NCBI GenBank assembly: GCA_043804695.1
Contig: JAZDIV010000009.1
Coordinates: forward strand, 1 to 42,272
Length of the DNA: 42,272 bases
Direction of reading: 5' to 3'
DNA from: PVC group bacterium
GTDB taxonomy: Bacteria; Auribacterota; Erginobacteria; Erginobacterales; Erginobacteraceae
The translations under genes were made by a program, and so were the position numbers. Every line of letters begins with the position of its first letter. The stretch's first letter is position 1. The notes beneath the pieces are model-generated. The model was not told the DNA's origin and did no database searches. It saw nothing but the letters and a program-made list of their open reading frames with translations. Shown here piece by piece: positions 19,669-29,348 of the stretch.

Positions 19669-20427
19669 ATGGAGAAAAGAACAGCATATTTCATGTCCGA
19701 CGCCCATCTGGGGCTCCCGCTCCCTGAATTCGATGATCGGGAGGCCGCTCTCTTCTCTTTTCTGAAGGAGATCGCACCCCGGGCCGGTCATCTTTTTATC
19801 GTGGGGGATCTCTTCGACTTCTGGATCGAGTACCGGTGGGCCATCCGGCCGGATTACTTCCGGGTCCTGGCCGCTCTCAACACGCTGGTCACCGCGGGAA
19901 CCGAGATTCATTACTGCGCGGGGAATCACGACTTCGCGGTCGGCCCCTTCATCAAAGATCATCTGGGGATACACGTCCATCCGGACGGGTGCCGGGTGGC
20001 GCTGCAGGGGAAGCGGCTTTTCGTCACCCACGGCGATGAACTGCGTCACAGTGATCGGTGCAACCTTTTCCTCCGGAAATTCCTGAGGAATCCCGTTCTC
20101 CAGTTCTCTTACCGGCTGCTTCACCCGAATATCGGCGTTCCTCTCGGGGAGTTCTTCTCGCGTCTGAGCCGGAAGCATTTTCTGGAGGAGCCTTCCGAAG
20201 AACAACTGGAGGAATACCGGCAGGCGGCCGAGGAGGCGCTTGCTGCCGGCTGTGATATTGTTGTCGCCGCCCACACTCACGTGCCGGAATTACGCCATCT
20301 GCCTTCCGGGATCTACTGCAATACCGGAAACTGGTTAAGCCGCTATTACTTCGCGATGCTGGAAGAGGGCGAGATCAGCCTCTGCCAGCACCTGCCCGGC
20401 CAACCCCCGAAGCTGGTTTCCCGCTGA
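19669..20427 (+). CDS. lpxH: LpxH-like UDP-2,3-diacylglucosamine diphosphatase (metallophosphoesterase)
   Basis: SDAHLG, GDLFDFW, GNHD, THGD, AHTH, NTGNW. Confidence 0.78.
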   Translation: MEKRTAYFMSDAHLGLPLPEFDDREAALFSFLKEIAPRAGHLFIVGDLFDFWIEYRWAIRPDYFRVLAALNTLVTAGTEIHYCAGNHDFAVGPFIKDHLGIHVHPDGCRVALQGKRLFVTHGDELRHSDRCNLFLRKFLRNPVLQFSYRLLHPNIGVPLGEFFSRLSRKHFLEEPSEEQLEEYRQAAEEALAAGCDIVVAAHTHVPELRHLPSGIYCNTGNWLSRYYFAMLEEGEISLCQHLPGQPPKLVSR

Positions 20428-20491
20428 AAGTACATAAAGATTCCAGCATGGATGTGAAAGCAGTGGCTGTCTCAACAAAGAGAGGTTCGCT

Positions 20492-21532
20492 GTGTCGATC
20501 AAGAAGTCAGGATTGACTGTGTCCCTGGTATTATTGATTATGCCCGCCGTCTCCTCTTCGGGGGGAGACGCTTTTCAATGGGGGAGAGTTCAGGAGGACC
20601 GTAAAACTTTCGAGCTTGATCTGACGGCCGGAAAGATGATCCGGATCGAAGGATCGGTGGAGGAGACGATCCGGCCCTATTACCAGCAGATCGGCCAGGA
20701 CACGCCCGGTGAGAGTTACACGCTCAGCGAGCTGGGCCTGGACGGAAAAAAAGTCACCTTCGGCCTGCATTTTGAGAAGCAGTGGAAATACCTGACGCTT
20801 GGGTTCAGCGGCTTTTACTATCATCCGTCCGCCGATACCACCGCCCTCAAGGATTATTATATCGGCATCTCCGATGATATCGAGTACCAGGGGAAAAAGT
20901 ATGAGTACATGATGATCCCCGAGGGGCGTCCCTTCACGGCCGACCTGAAATCGGTCTTCTGTGAAGTGAGCCTTCTGGTCACCCCGGTCACGATCATCCC
21001 GCTGCCGAATTTCGAGTTCGTCCCGTCCATCTATCTCGGCATCGCCGGCGTCTTCGGCCCCTACGATATCGATGCCGGTCCCCCGACGGGCACGGTCGTT
21101 TACGAAGAACCTCCCCGGGACTATGTCGTCGGCGGCCGGAGCGACGGCTGGACCGGCGCGGGGATCCCCGGGTTCGGGCTGGGGGGGGAACTTCGGATCG
21201 GCCCGCCCGACGGGCTCCGTCTGGTCGTGCAGGGGCGCTACTCCCTCTTCCGGTACGATGGAAGCACCGACTATATCCCCATCTCGATCCGGCACGAGAA
21301 AAACCTTAATCTGGATTACGATAATTTTGAAGGACGGGCTCAGATGGAGTTGCCATTCTCCGAGAAGCTGGATTTTGTCCTCGGGGTGTCCTACCTCTAT
21401 GTCACTATCGATGCCGACGCCACCGCGACAGATAAATCTCCGGAGGAGATCGAAGAACTTCGGGAGAAGTATGACAAGAAGATAGAGTTCAAGATGACGG
21501 AACTGCAGGGGTATGTAGGCCTGAAATTTTAG
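20492..21532 (+). CDS. Secreted protein, putative outer-membrane beta-barrel
   Basis: Signal peptide, amphipathic aromatic strands, C-terminal GYVGLKF. Confidence 0.6.
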   Translation: MSIKKSGLTVSLVLLIMPAVSSSGGDAFQWGRVQEDRKTFELDLTAGKMIRIEGSVEETIRPYYQQIGQDTPGESYTLSELGLDGKKVTFGLHFEKQWKYLTLGFSGFYYHPSADTTALKDYYIGISDDIEYQGKKYEYMMIPEGRPFTADLKSVFCEVSLLVTPVTIIPLPNFEFVPSIYLGIAGVFGPYDIDAGPPTGTVVYEEPPRDYVVGGRSDGWTGAGIPGFGLGGELRIGPPDGLRLVVQGRYSLFRYDGSTDYIPISIRHEKNLNLDYDNFEGRAQMELPFSEKLDFVLGVSYLYVTIDADATATDKSPEEIEELREKYDKKIEFKMTELQGYVGLKF

Positions 21533-21573
21533 TGTATCCCGTAGATCAATGAAGGCCAAGACGCAGGCAAGTA

Positions 21574-21663
21574 GAGTAAGGGAGTACTGGAGTAATGGAG
21601 TAATGGAAAATCCGCCGGACCGGCCACTTCAACACTCCATCACTCCAATACTCCATCTCTCCA
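21574..21663. repeat. Octamer-based imperfect palindrome
   Basis: ggagtaat-type units facing actcca-type units. Confidence 0.65.
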
Positions 21664-21664
21664 G

Positions 21665-22492
21665 ATGTCCGATATAAAAAATAGAAAAGCTGTCGGCAAA
21701 GTGGGGGCTCTATTCCCCAAGGCCCTCACCATCGCCGGGTCGGACTCCGGGGGCGGGGCCGGCATCCAGGCGGACCTGAAGACCTTTCAGTCCCTGGGGG
21801 TTTTCGGCGCCGCGGCGATCACCTCCGTCACCGCCCAGAACACCCGGGGCGTGTCGTCGGTTTTTTTGCTCCCCCCGGAGATGGTGGAAAAACAGATCGA
21901 CGCTGTGATGACGGACATCGTCCCGTTCGCGGTCAAGACCGGGATGCTGGGCAACGCCGGAATTATCGCGGCGGTGGTCGAAAAACTGAAGGAGTACGCG
22001 ATTGAGCTGCTGGTTGTCGACCCGGTGATGATCGCCACCTCGGGGGACCGTCTCCTCGAGGAAGCCGCGATCGGGGTGATGCGGGAACGCCTCCTGCCGT
22101 TGGCCCTGGTGGCAACCCCCAACCTCGACGAAGCCGGGGTGCTGGCCGGCTTCCCGGTCACCGGCCTCCGGACCATGGAAAAGGCTGCCCGGGTCATCCG
22201 GGACCGGGGACCCCGTTATGTGGTGATCACGGGGGGGCACCGGAGGGGTGACGCCGACGATCTTCTTTTTGACGGCAGGGAGATGACGCTCCTTAAATCC
22301 CCCCGTCTCACCAGTCACCCGCTTCACGGGACCGGCTGTACCTTCTCCGCGGCCGTGACCGCCGGTCTGGCCCGGGGGATGACCCCGTATCAAGCTGTGG
22401 TGGGCGCCAAGTCGTACATGAAGAAGGTGCTGAAAAAACCTTCCTCTCCCGGAAAAGGTTCATATGTGGTTAACTGGACGGCTTGGAAATAA
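21665..22492 (+). CDS. thiD: Hydroxymethylpyrimidine/phosphomethylpyrimidine kinase
   Basis: [36 protein letters not shown]. Confidence 0.95.
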   Translation: MSDIKNRKAVGKVGALFPKALTIAGSDSGGGAGIQADLKTFQSLGVFGAAAITSVTAQNTRGVSSVFLLPPEMVEKQIDAVMTDIVPFAVKTGMLGNAGIIAAVVEKLKEYAIELLVVDPVMIATSGDRLLEEAAIGVMRERLLPLALVATPNLDEAGVLAGFPVTGLRTMEKAARVIRDRGPRYVVITGGHRRGDADDLLFDGREMTLLKSPRLTSHPLHGTGCTFSAAVTAGLARGMTPYQAVVGAKSYMKKVLKKPSSPGKGSYVVNWTAWK

Positions 22493-22612
22493 CCGGTGGA
22501 TATTCGCCGGGCAAGGGATAAAATAGTAAGAATCTGCGTATATTTTATTGCCCGGCCATAAGACCGCGGTGCCGGGAAGCGTGATTCCGGGATAACTGGC
22601 TACTTCGGAATT

Positions 22613-22737
22613 TTCAGCCAGAGGCTTCAGCCAGAGGCTTCAGCCAGAGGCTGATCCGCCTCGGGAGGAGATCCGCCTCGGGAGGAGATCCGCCTCGGGA
22701 GGAGATCCGCCTCAGGCGGAGATGCGCCTCTGGCGCA
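22613..22737 (+). repeat. Compound tandem repeat: 3 x 13 bp then 5 x 17 bp
   Basis: ttcagccagaggc x3; gatccgcctcgggagga x3 plus 2 variant units. Confidence 0.92.
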
Positions 22738-22759
22738 CAATAATCTGATTATGTCTTCG

Positions 22760-22943
22760 AAAAAATCAGAGTGGTTTACCTTAAGCCAACAGAAAAATCA
22801 TATCCCGGAAGACAAATGTTGGCTGATGGTGGAAAGGCTTTTGTATATTATTGCCTCGGTGAAAATATCTTAGTTAGCCAACAGACCCCGATTGAATCAA
22901 TCGGGGTCCATTATAAAGTAGCGAGCGCAGCGAGCTAATTTAT
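22760..22943 (+). repeat. Hairpin-capped AT-rich repeat unit
   Basis: aaatcatatcccgg..caaatgttggct..ccaacagaccccgattgaatcaatcggggtc..gctaatttat directly before the def ATG. Confidence 0.8.
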
Positions 22944-23447
22944 ATGAATATTTTACCGATCAAAATTTACGGCAACGCGGTGCTCCGGGAGAAGGCCGCG
23001 CCCGTCGCCGAGATCACGGATGAGCTGCTCGCGCTGATCGGCAGCATGCGCGACAGCCTTTACTACCACCAGGGGATCGGCCTGGCGGCCAACCAGGTCG
23101 GCGTGGCCAGACGCTTGTTCCTGGTGGATGAGGGGAAGGGACTCCGGGTTTTCATCAACCCGCGTATTCTTGAATCGAACGGTGAGGCGGTCTCCGAGGA
23201 AGGATGCCTGAGCCTGCCGGAGATATTCGTCGATGTGAACCGGTCCCCCTCCCTGCTCCTGGAATACCTCGATGAAAAGGGGGAGACCCGGCGCCTGGAA
23301 GCGGAGGGTTTGCTGGCCCGGGTTATCCAGCATGAATGTGACCACCTGGAAGGGGTTTTGATCTCCGACCGGGCCGGTTTTCTGGCAAGCCGGATGATCA
23401 AGGGAAAATTGAAGAGACTGCGGAAGAGAGTCAGGGAATCACTATGA
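22944..23447 (+). CDS. def: Peptide deformylase
   Basis: GIGLAANQVG, EGCLS, QHECDHLEG. Confidence 0.96.
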   Translation: MNILPIKIYGNAVLREKAAPVAEITDELLALIGSMRDSLYYHQGIGLAANQVGVARRLFLVDEGKGLRVFINPRILESNGEAVSEEGCLSLPEIFVDVNRSPSLLLEYLDEKGETRRLEAEGLLARVIQHECDHLEGVLISDRAGFLASRMIKGKLKRLRKRVRESL

Positions 23448-24259
23448 GCACGCCGTACATTTCAATAATCATTCCGGCCTACAATGAGGAGCCCCGGCTG
23501 GTCTCTACGCTCCAGCGAATGTATGATTATCTCCGGAGACAACCATACGGATATGAGCTGATCGTGGTCAGCGATGGCAGCCGGGACGGAACCGTACGCG
23601 TGGCCCGGCAATGGGCGCCGGCCGACTGCCCTCTCGAGGTTATCGACCGCAGGGAGAACCGGGGCAAAGGCTATACCGTCCGGGAGGGAGCGGCCCGTGC
23701 GCAGGGGGAGTACATCCTCTTCTCCGACGCCGATCTCTCCACTCCGATCGAAGAGCTGGATAACTTTCTCCCACTATTTCAGGAGAGCTTCGAGATTGTG
23801 ATCGGATCCCGGAGCTTGAAGGACTCCGAAATCGTGATCCACCAGCCGTTCTACCGGGAGTGGATGGGACGGATCTTCAACCGGATGGTCCGGGTCCTGG
23901 CGGTTCCGGGCATTATCGATACCCAGTGCGGATTCAAGTGTTTCTCCCGCAGGGCAGTCGAAGAGATCTTCCCCCGCTGCCTGGTCGAAGGCTTTGCCTT
24001 TGACGTCGAGATCCTCTTCCTGGCCCGCCAGCTGAGCTTATCGGTAAAGGAACTGCCGGTTCGATGGCTCAACGCGCCCGGCAGTTCGATCAGTCCGGTG
24101 AGAGATTCGCTCCGGATGTTTAAGGATATCTGCCGGATCCGGGTGGATGATTGGAAGGGTAAGTACGCGGTGGAGGGGCTAATGGATGAACGTCAAACAT
24201 GGAATAATCATTCCGGCGCTGGGCCTGGTGGTCATAACCGTCCTCGTATACGGCAATAG
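23444..24259 (+). CDS. GT2 dolichyl/polyprenyl-phosphate sugar synthase-like (Alg5/DPG-synthase type)
   Basis: IIPAYNEE, DGSRD, NRGKG, SDADLST, DTQCGFK, GFAFDVE. Confidence 0.88.
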   Translation: MSTPYISIIIPAYNEEPRLVSTLQRMYDYLRRQPYGYELIVVSDGSRDGTVRVARQWAPADCPLEVIDRRENRGKGYTVREGAARAQGEYILFSDADLSTPIEELDNFLPLFQESFEIVIGSRSLKDSEIVIHQPFYREWMGRIFNRMVRVLAVPGIIDTQCGFKCFSRRAVEEIFPRCLVEGFAFDVEILFLARQLSLSVKELPVRWLNAPGSSISPVRDSLRMFKDICRIRVDDWKGKYAVEGLMDERQTWNNHSGAGPGGHNRPRIRQ

Positions 24260-24740
24260 TTTCTCCGGTGCGTTTCTGTTCGATGAAGGCCAGGCCATTC
24301 TCTCCAATCCCCGGATCCGGACGCTTGTCCCGCCCGCCGGATTGTTTACGGTCCTCCCTCCCGGCCCGGTCATAACCATCACCCTGGCGGTCAACTACGC
24401 CCTGGGCGGATTCAACCCCCGGGGATACCGCGCGGTCAATCTCCTTATCCATCTGGGGGCCGGGCTGGCTCTTTTCGGGATAGTCCGGAGGACCCTGCTC
24501 TTTCTTGGGTACCGGGGGGCCTCTTCTTCATTGGCCTTCGCGACGGCGGTGGTCTGGCTGGTCCACCCCCTCCAGACCGAGAGCGTCACCTACATTATTC
24601 AACGGTATGAGTCTCTGATGGGGCTCTTCTGTCTCCTGACTCTATACCGGGTTATCCGCTCCGCTTCCGCGTCTGTTCCCCGGCGGTGAACGGCGGGGGC
24701 GGTTCTCTTCTGCGCCCTGGGGATGGCGACCAAGGAGACG
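24186..24740 (+). pseudogene. Truncated TMTC-like GT-C gene
   Basis: FLFDE, HPLQTESVTYIIQR; in-frame TGA 24687-24689 where the paralog has Trp, similarity continues (FCALGMATKE) to about 24740. Confidence 0.8.
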
Positions 24741-24841
24741 AATAGGCCCGATCTTGAACATTGTTCCCACCTCAGAAGAAGCGAAGCGGTATTTGAAAGG
24801 AATCATTTTTTTATCGATGAGTTACGTAAAAAGAATGAACT

Positions 24842-26788
24842 ATGAGAAAGAAGAAACCTCAGCAACCCAAGCCGATTGAGTTATTCCCAAGTGTAAGATT
24901 TTCTCTTATCATCATTTGCTTGATAATAGCGACGGCTTATCTAAATAGCTTTGTTGGTACATACATCTTTGATGATGGATTCCGAATACTTGAGAATGAA
25001 AGGATCAGGAGCTTTGAATGGCCCTGGGCCTTTTTAGTGGGAACCAGCAGACCCGTTCTTTATTTTACCCTGGCCATTAATTATTCTATAGGTGGATACA
25101 AAACTTTCAGTTTTCATTTATTCAATCTGTCCATCCACCTATTATCTGCCATTCTTTTGTTTTTAATCGTCCGCCACACGCTGCACTTTGATCAGATCAA
25201 GGAAAGGTTTAAAACTAATATTAATTTATTATCTGGATTGATAGTACTTTTCTGGTCGATCCATCCGTTGCAAACTTCAAGTGTGACCTATATAATACAA
25301 CGGGCTGAATCGATGATGGGCATGTTTTATCTTTTAACCTTTTATTGTGCACTCCAGTATCTTACAACACAAAAATTACGATGGATGACTTTTGCCTGGG
25401 GGTCCTGCCTTCTTGGCTCTTTAACGAAGCAAATTATTATTACAGCACCAATTGTAATATTGCTTTATGAGCGCGCTTTTATAACCGGTTCTTTTAAAGA
25501 AGCATTAAGACGTAATTATAAGTTGTACTTAGGCTTAATTATGACGTGGGGGGTTATGTTATTTTTATATAAAAGTAATCTCCAACTTCCCCCAACTTCC
25601 GGTTTTGGTTATAAAAACATTACACCGTTGCAATATGCTCTCTCCCAAACTTCAATTGTCCTTCATTATTTGAGACTTGCACTATGGCCGCAGCCTTTGA
25701 TACTCGATTACAACTGGTTTCCTGTCCATTCAGTTAACGAAGTACTACCGGCATTATTAACAATCATTGGATTAGTTGTTGTCTCTGTTTGGGCTTATGT
25801 GCGTTATGCCCCAGCTGGATTTATTGCGGTTAGTTTTTTTGTCATATTGCTTCCTTCCTCAAGTTTCTTCCCCATAAAGGATTTAGCTTTTGAATACAGA
25901 ATGTATCTACCACTGGCAGCAATTATGGCGTTAGCGGTGACGGGGGGCTATGAACTGATTTTTCGTCTGGTTCCAAACTGCGCTGCCCTGAGGAAGTTTA
26001 TCGGGATGGCGCTTGTGATCATCCTCGTTCTTCTCCTCGGAGTGCTTACCTTCTGCAGGAACCGAGATTATTATACATTGGTTTTGATGTGGAGTGATGT
26101 AGTTAAGAAACGACCGGGAAACGCTCGGGGACATTATAATCTGGGCAATGCCCTGAAAAAGACGGGGAGGGTGGAGGAGGCGAATGAACATTACCGAAGG
26201 GCGATCTTCCTCCACCCCGGCTACGCGGAGGCGTATTATAACCTGGCGCTAAATCTCGGGGATGAGGGCCGGATCGAGGAGTCCGTCTCTTATTACCGCC
26301 AGGCCCTGAAGCTGAAGCCGGATTCGGCCCAGACCCACACCAACCTGGGGCGCCTGCTGATCGAGAGAGAGGAGGAGAAAGCACTCGCCCATTTCCGGGA
26401 GGCGGTCCGGCTCGACCCGGCGTTGGTATCCGCCCAGCTCAATCTGGCCAATCTCACGGCCCGACGTGGGGACCGCACGGCGGCGATTGCGCGGTACAAC
26501 CTGGTTCTGGGGATGGATCCGGATTCCGACGAGGCCCATTACAACCTGGGTGTCACACTGGAGCTGGGCGGCGACCGGCAGTCCGCCGAAGACCACTACC
26601 GGGAGGCGATCCGGCTCGATCCCCGGAAAGCGGAGGCTCGCTACAACCTGGCTCTCCTCCTGGAAGGGCGGGGAAAACAAGGTGAGGCCATGGAGCACCT
26701 GCGGCAGGTTCTTCGGATAGACCCCGGTTTCTCCGGCGCCCGGGCGGCGCTGGAGAGGATGGGAAAACAGGTAATCGGTAATCAGTAA
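24842..26788 (+). CDS. TMTC-like GT-C membrane glycosyltransferase with TPR tail
   Basis: YIFDD, SRP, HPLQTSSVTYIIQR, FEYRMYLP, many TM helices, roughly 6 TPRs. Confidence 0.85.
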   Translation: MRKKKPQQPKPIELFPSVRFSLIIICLIIATAYLNSFVGTYIFDDGFRILENERIRSFEWPWAFLVGTSRPVLYFTLAINYSIGGYKTFSFHLFNLSIHLLSAILLFLIVRHTLHFDQIKERFKTNINLLSGLIVLFWSIHPLQTSSVTYIIQRAESMMGMFYLLTFYCALQYLTTQKLRWMTFAWGSCLLGSLTKQIIITAPIVILLYERAFITGSFKEALRRNYKLYLGLIMTWGVMLFLYKSNLQLPPTSGFGYKNITPLQYALSQTSIVLHYLRLALWPQPLILDYNWFPVHSVNEVLPALLTIIGLVVVSVWAYVRYAPAGFIAVSFFVILLPSSSFFPIKDLAFEYRMYLPLAAIMALAVTGGYELIFRLVPNCAALRKFIGMALVIILVLLLGVLTFCRNRDYYTLVLMWSDVVKKRPGNARGHYNLGNALKKTGRVEEANEHYRRAIFLHPGYAEAYYNLALNLGDEGRIEESVSYYRQALKLKPDSAQTHTNLGRLLIEREEEKALAHFREAVRLDPALVSAQLNLANLTARRGDRTAAIARYNLVLGMDPDSDEAHYNLGVTLELGGDRQSAEDHYREAIRLDPRKAEARYNLALLLEGRGKQGEAMEHLRQVLRIDPGFSGARAALERMGKQVIGNQ

Positions 26789-26864
26789 TCAGTATTTGAT
26801 CCGGGCCGACACTGATTACCGATCACTGATTACTGATAACAGATCACAGTGCCGGGGATGAACG

Positions 26865-29249
26865 ATGAAAAGGTCTTACCGACAGCTTCTGGCTCTGGTC
26901 GGCATCATCCTGCTGGGCGGGCTCCTGCGGCTGATCTACCTCCGGGAGATGATGGCCGGCCCCGAGTTCTTCCACCCGGCAGTTGACGCCGCCTACCATG
27001 ACTGCTGGGCCCGGGGTCTGGCCGGAGGGGATTGGACCCTCCCCGCCGGGTACCGCGACCCCGGGATCCGGACCCGTCCGTTCTTCCGTCCTCCCGGCTA
27101 CCCCTACCTGCTGGCCGCGCTCTACCTGCTGCCGGGCGACAACTCCCTGGTTCCCCGGCTGGCGCAGATGGCCCTCGGCCTGCTCGGCATCCCGGTCGCG
27201 TTCATCTTCGCCCGGCGGTGGTACGGGGCCCGGGCGGCGCTGATCTTCGCCGGCCTGACGGCCGTCTACTGGGGGTTTATTTATTTCGAGGGGGAATTGC
27301 TGGATGCGAGCGTTGGGGTCTTCCTGACCCTGCTGCTGCTGACCCTTTCCTCCTCCTGGGTGGAACGGGTCGGCCCCGGCCCGGGATTTCTGACCGGCCT
27401 CACCCTCGGCGTCTTCGCTCTTTTTCGCCCCAACGTGTTGCTCTTTGGTCCGGTGCTGCTGGTCTGGGCTTTCCGTCTCCGGTGCCGGACGCCGCCGGCC
27501 GGGAGGCTGTCCCTTCACCTGGCCGGCTTCTTCCTGGGGGTCCTTCTGGCCGTGGCCCCGGTCACGCTGAGAAATTACCTCGTCGGGGGCGATGTCGTCC
27601 TGATTTCCGCTCAGGGGGGGATGAGCCTCCTGATCGGAAACAACGAGGAGGCTTCCGGGACCAACCATCACCTGCCCGGCTACGGGGTGATCGACTCCCC
27701 CTTCGACTACCCGGCGGCCGTCAGGAGTCTCGAGAAGGAACTGGGCCTGGATGCGGGTGAGCTGCCTTACTCGGCCGCCTCCCGCCTCTATACCCGCCGT
27801 GCCCTCTCGTATATTTTCAGCCACCCCGGGCGGTTCTTCACCCTCACTGTCCGGAAAGTTCTTCTCTTCTGGGGGCCCGCGGAAGTCACCAATAACCGGG
27901 AAATTTCCGAGGTCCGGGCGCGCTCCCCGGTCCTGCGGGCGATCCCGTTCGGATTCTCCTTCTGTTTCGCTTCCGCCCTGGCCGGCGCTCTGCTCTTCTT
28001 CTCCGGAACCGGGGGGAGGGGAACCGATATCCAGTCCCGCCGGGTCTCCCTGCTGACCGCGCTCTTCATCGGGACTTATTTCCTCTCGGTGCTGCCGGTT
28101 GCCGCCGCCGCGCGGTACCGGCTGCCGGTTATCCCCGGCCTTCTTCTCTTCGCCTCCCTGGGCGCCGGCGCTCTCCTGGACCTCCGGCGCCTCCGTCGGT
28201 ACGGCAGGGTTGTGCTCTGGACGCTGATCTGGGGGGCGCTGCTTTTCCTGGTCTCCCGGAACCTGTCCGGCTATCAGTACTCGCCGGCGAAATGGCACTA
28301 TGATCGGGCGGTGGCGTTCGAGGGCGCCGGCCGGCCGGAGGCGGCGGAAGCGGAGTATCGCCGCGCCCTGGAGGTCAAACCGGACGACTACCGATCGCGC
28401 ATGAATCTGGGCGCTATTCTCCTCAGGCAGGATGATGCGGCGGATGCGGTTGCAGAATTCCGGCGCGCCGTCGCCCTCCGCCCCGACCGGGCGGAAGCGC
28501 ACAACAACCTGGGATCCGCCCTTTCCCGGGCGGGGAGACTGGCGGAAGCGGCGGCAGTCCTCGAAAAGGCGATCATGATTGATCCGGAGTGCGTGCGGGC
28601 GTACAGTAACCTGGGAACGGTTCTCCAGGCCCGGGGAGACGGAGAGGCCGCGGTGAACGCCTTCCGCCGGGCGCTGCCGCTCCAGCCGGAAACCGGAGAG
28701 TTCTATTACAACTTCGGCCTGGTGCTGGCGAAGCAGGGGAGGATCGAGGAGGCGATCGAGCAGTACCGGACCGCCGTCCGGATCGATCCGGGATCGTCCG
28801 ATACCCAGAACAACCTGGGGATCGCTCTGGCAGCCCGGGGAGATACGGAAGCGGCCGTTGCTCATTTGCGGGAAGCAGTCCGGCTCAACCCCGGTCTGGA
28901 GGTGGCCCACGTCAACCTGGCCAACATCCTGGCGTCCCGGCAGAGGTACCCGGAGGCCGTCGCTCATTACCAGCGGGCCCTCCAGATCAACCCGGACAGC
29001 GCGGATGCCCGGTATAACCTGGGGTATACGCTCGAACTGTCGGGGGCGAAAGAAGACGCCGTCCGGCAGTACCGGGATGCTCTCCGGGCGGATCGGGAGC
29101 ATGTGCAGGCCCACTACCGGCTCGCCCGTCTTCTCCTCGAAAATAACCGGGTTCTCGAAGCGGAAGAACATCTGAGGGCGGCGCTTTCTGTTGATCCCGC
29201 TTTCGCGCCCGCCCGGGAACTTCTACCGTCGGGGACGGTGTTGCAGTGA
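26865..29249 (+). CDS. PMT/ArnT-like GT-C with TPR tail
   Basis: DAAYHDCWA, FFRPPGYPY, FRPN, ARYRLP, roughly 9 TPRs. Confidence 0.85.
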   Translation: MKRSYRQLLALVGIILLGGLLRLIYLREMMAGPEFFHPAVDAAYHDCWARGLAGGDWTLPAGYRDPGIRTRPFFRPPGYPYLLAALYLLPGDNSLVPRLAQMALGLLGIPVAFIFARRWYGARAALIFAGLTAVYWGFIYFEGELLDASVGVFLTLLLLTLSSSWVERVGPGPGFLTGLTLGVFALFRPNVLLFGPVLLVWAFRLRCRTPPAGRLSLHLAGFFLGVLLAVAPVTLRNYLVGGDVVLISAQGGMSLLIGNNEEASGTNHHLPGYGVIDSPFDYPAAVRSLEKELGLDAGELPYSAASRLYTRRALSYIFSHPGRFFTLTVRKVLLFWGPAEVTNNREISEVRARSPVLRAIPFGFSFCFASALAGALLFFSGTGGRGTDIQSRRVSLLTALFIGTYFLSVLPVAAAARYRLPVIPGLLLFASLGAGALLDLRRLRRYGRVVLWTLIWGALLFLVSRNLSGYQYSPAKWHYDRAVAFEGAGRPEAAEAEYRRALEVKPDDYRSRMNLGAILLRQDDAADAVAEFRRAVALRPDRAEAHNNLGSALSRAGRLAEAAAVLEKAIMIDPECVRAYSNLGTVLQARGDGEAAVNAFRRALPLQPETGEFYYNFGLVLAKQGRIEEAIEQYRTAVRIDPGSSDTQNNLGIALAARGDTEAAVAHLREAVRLNPGLEVAHVNLANILASRQRYPEAVAHYQRALQINPDSADARYNLGYTLELSGAKEDAVRQYRDALRADREHVQAHYRLARLLLENNRVLEAEEHLRAALSVDPAFAPARELLPSGTVLQ

Positions 29250-29348
29250 TACCGAACCTGTTCGGCCAAACGGCCGGTGTGGCTCCCCGGCAATGAGGGC
29301 GGTTGAAAAAGGAAATGAGTTTGCCGGTGACGAACGGCTGAAACCCGT

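Noticed and set aside
22613..22737. Possible CRISPR array
   Set aside because: Units are contiguous with no spacers and too short; no cas genes
24687..24689. TGA recoding (Sec or Trp) in the TMTC-like fragment
   Set aside because: Similarity ends about 50 nt later, and TGA is a normal stop in other genes here
26844..29171. 775-aa minus-strand ORF
   Set aside because: Antisense shadow of a GT-C-TPR gene
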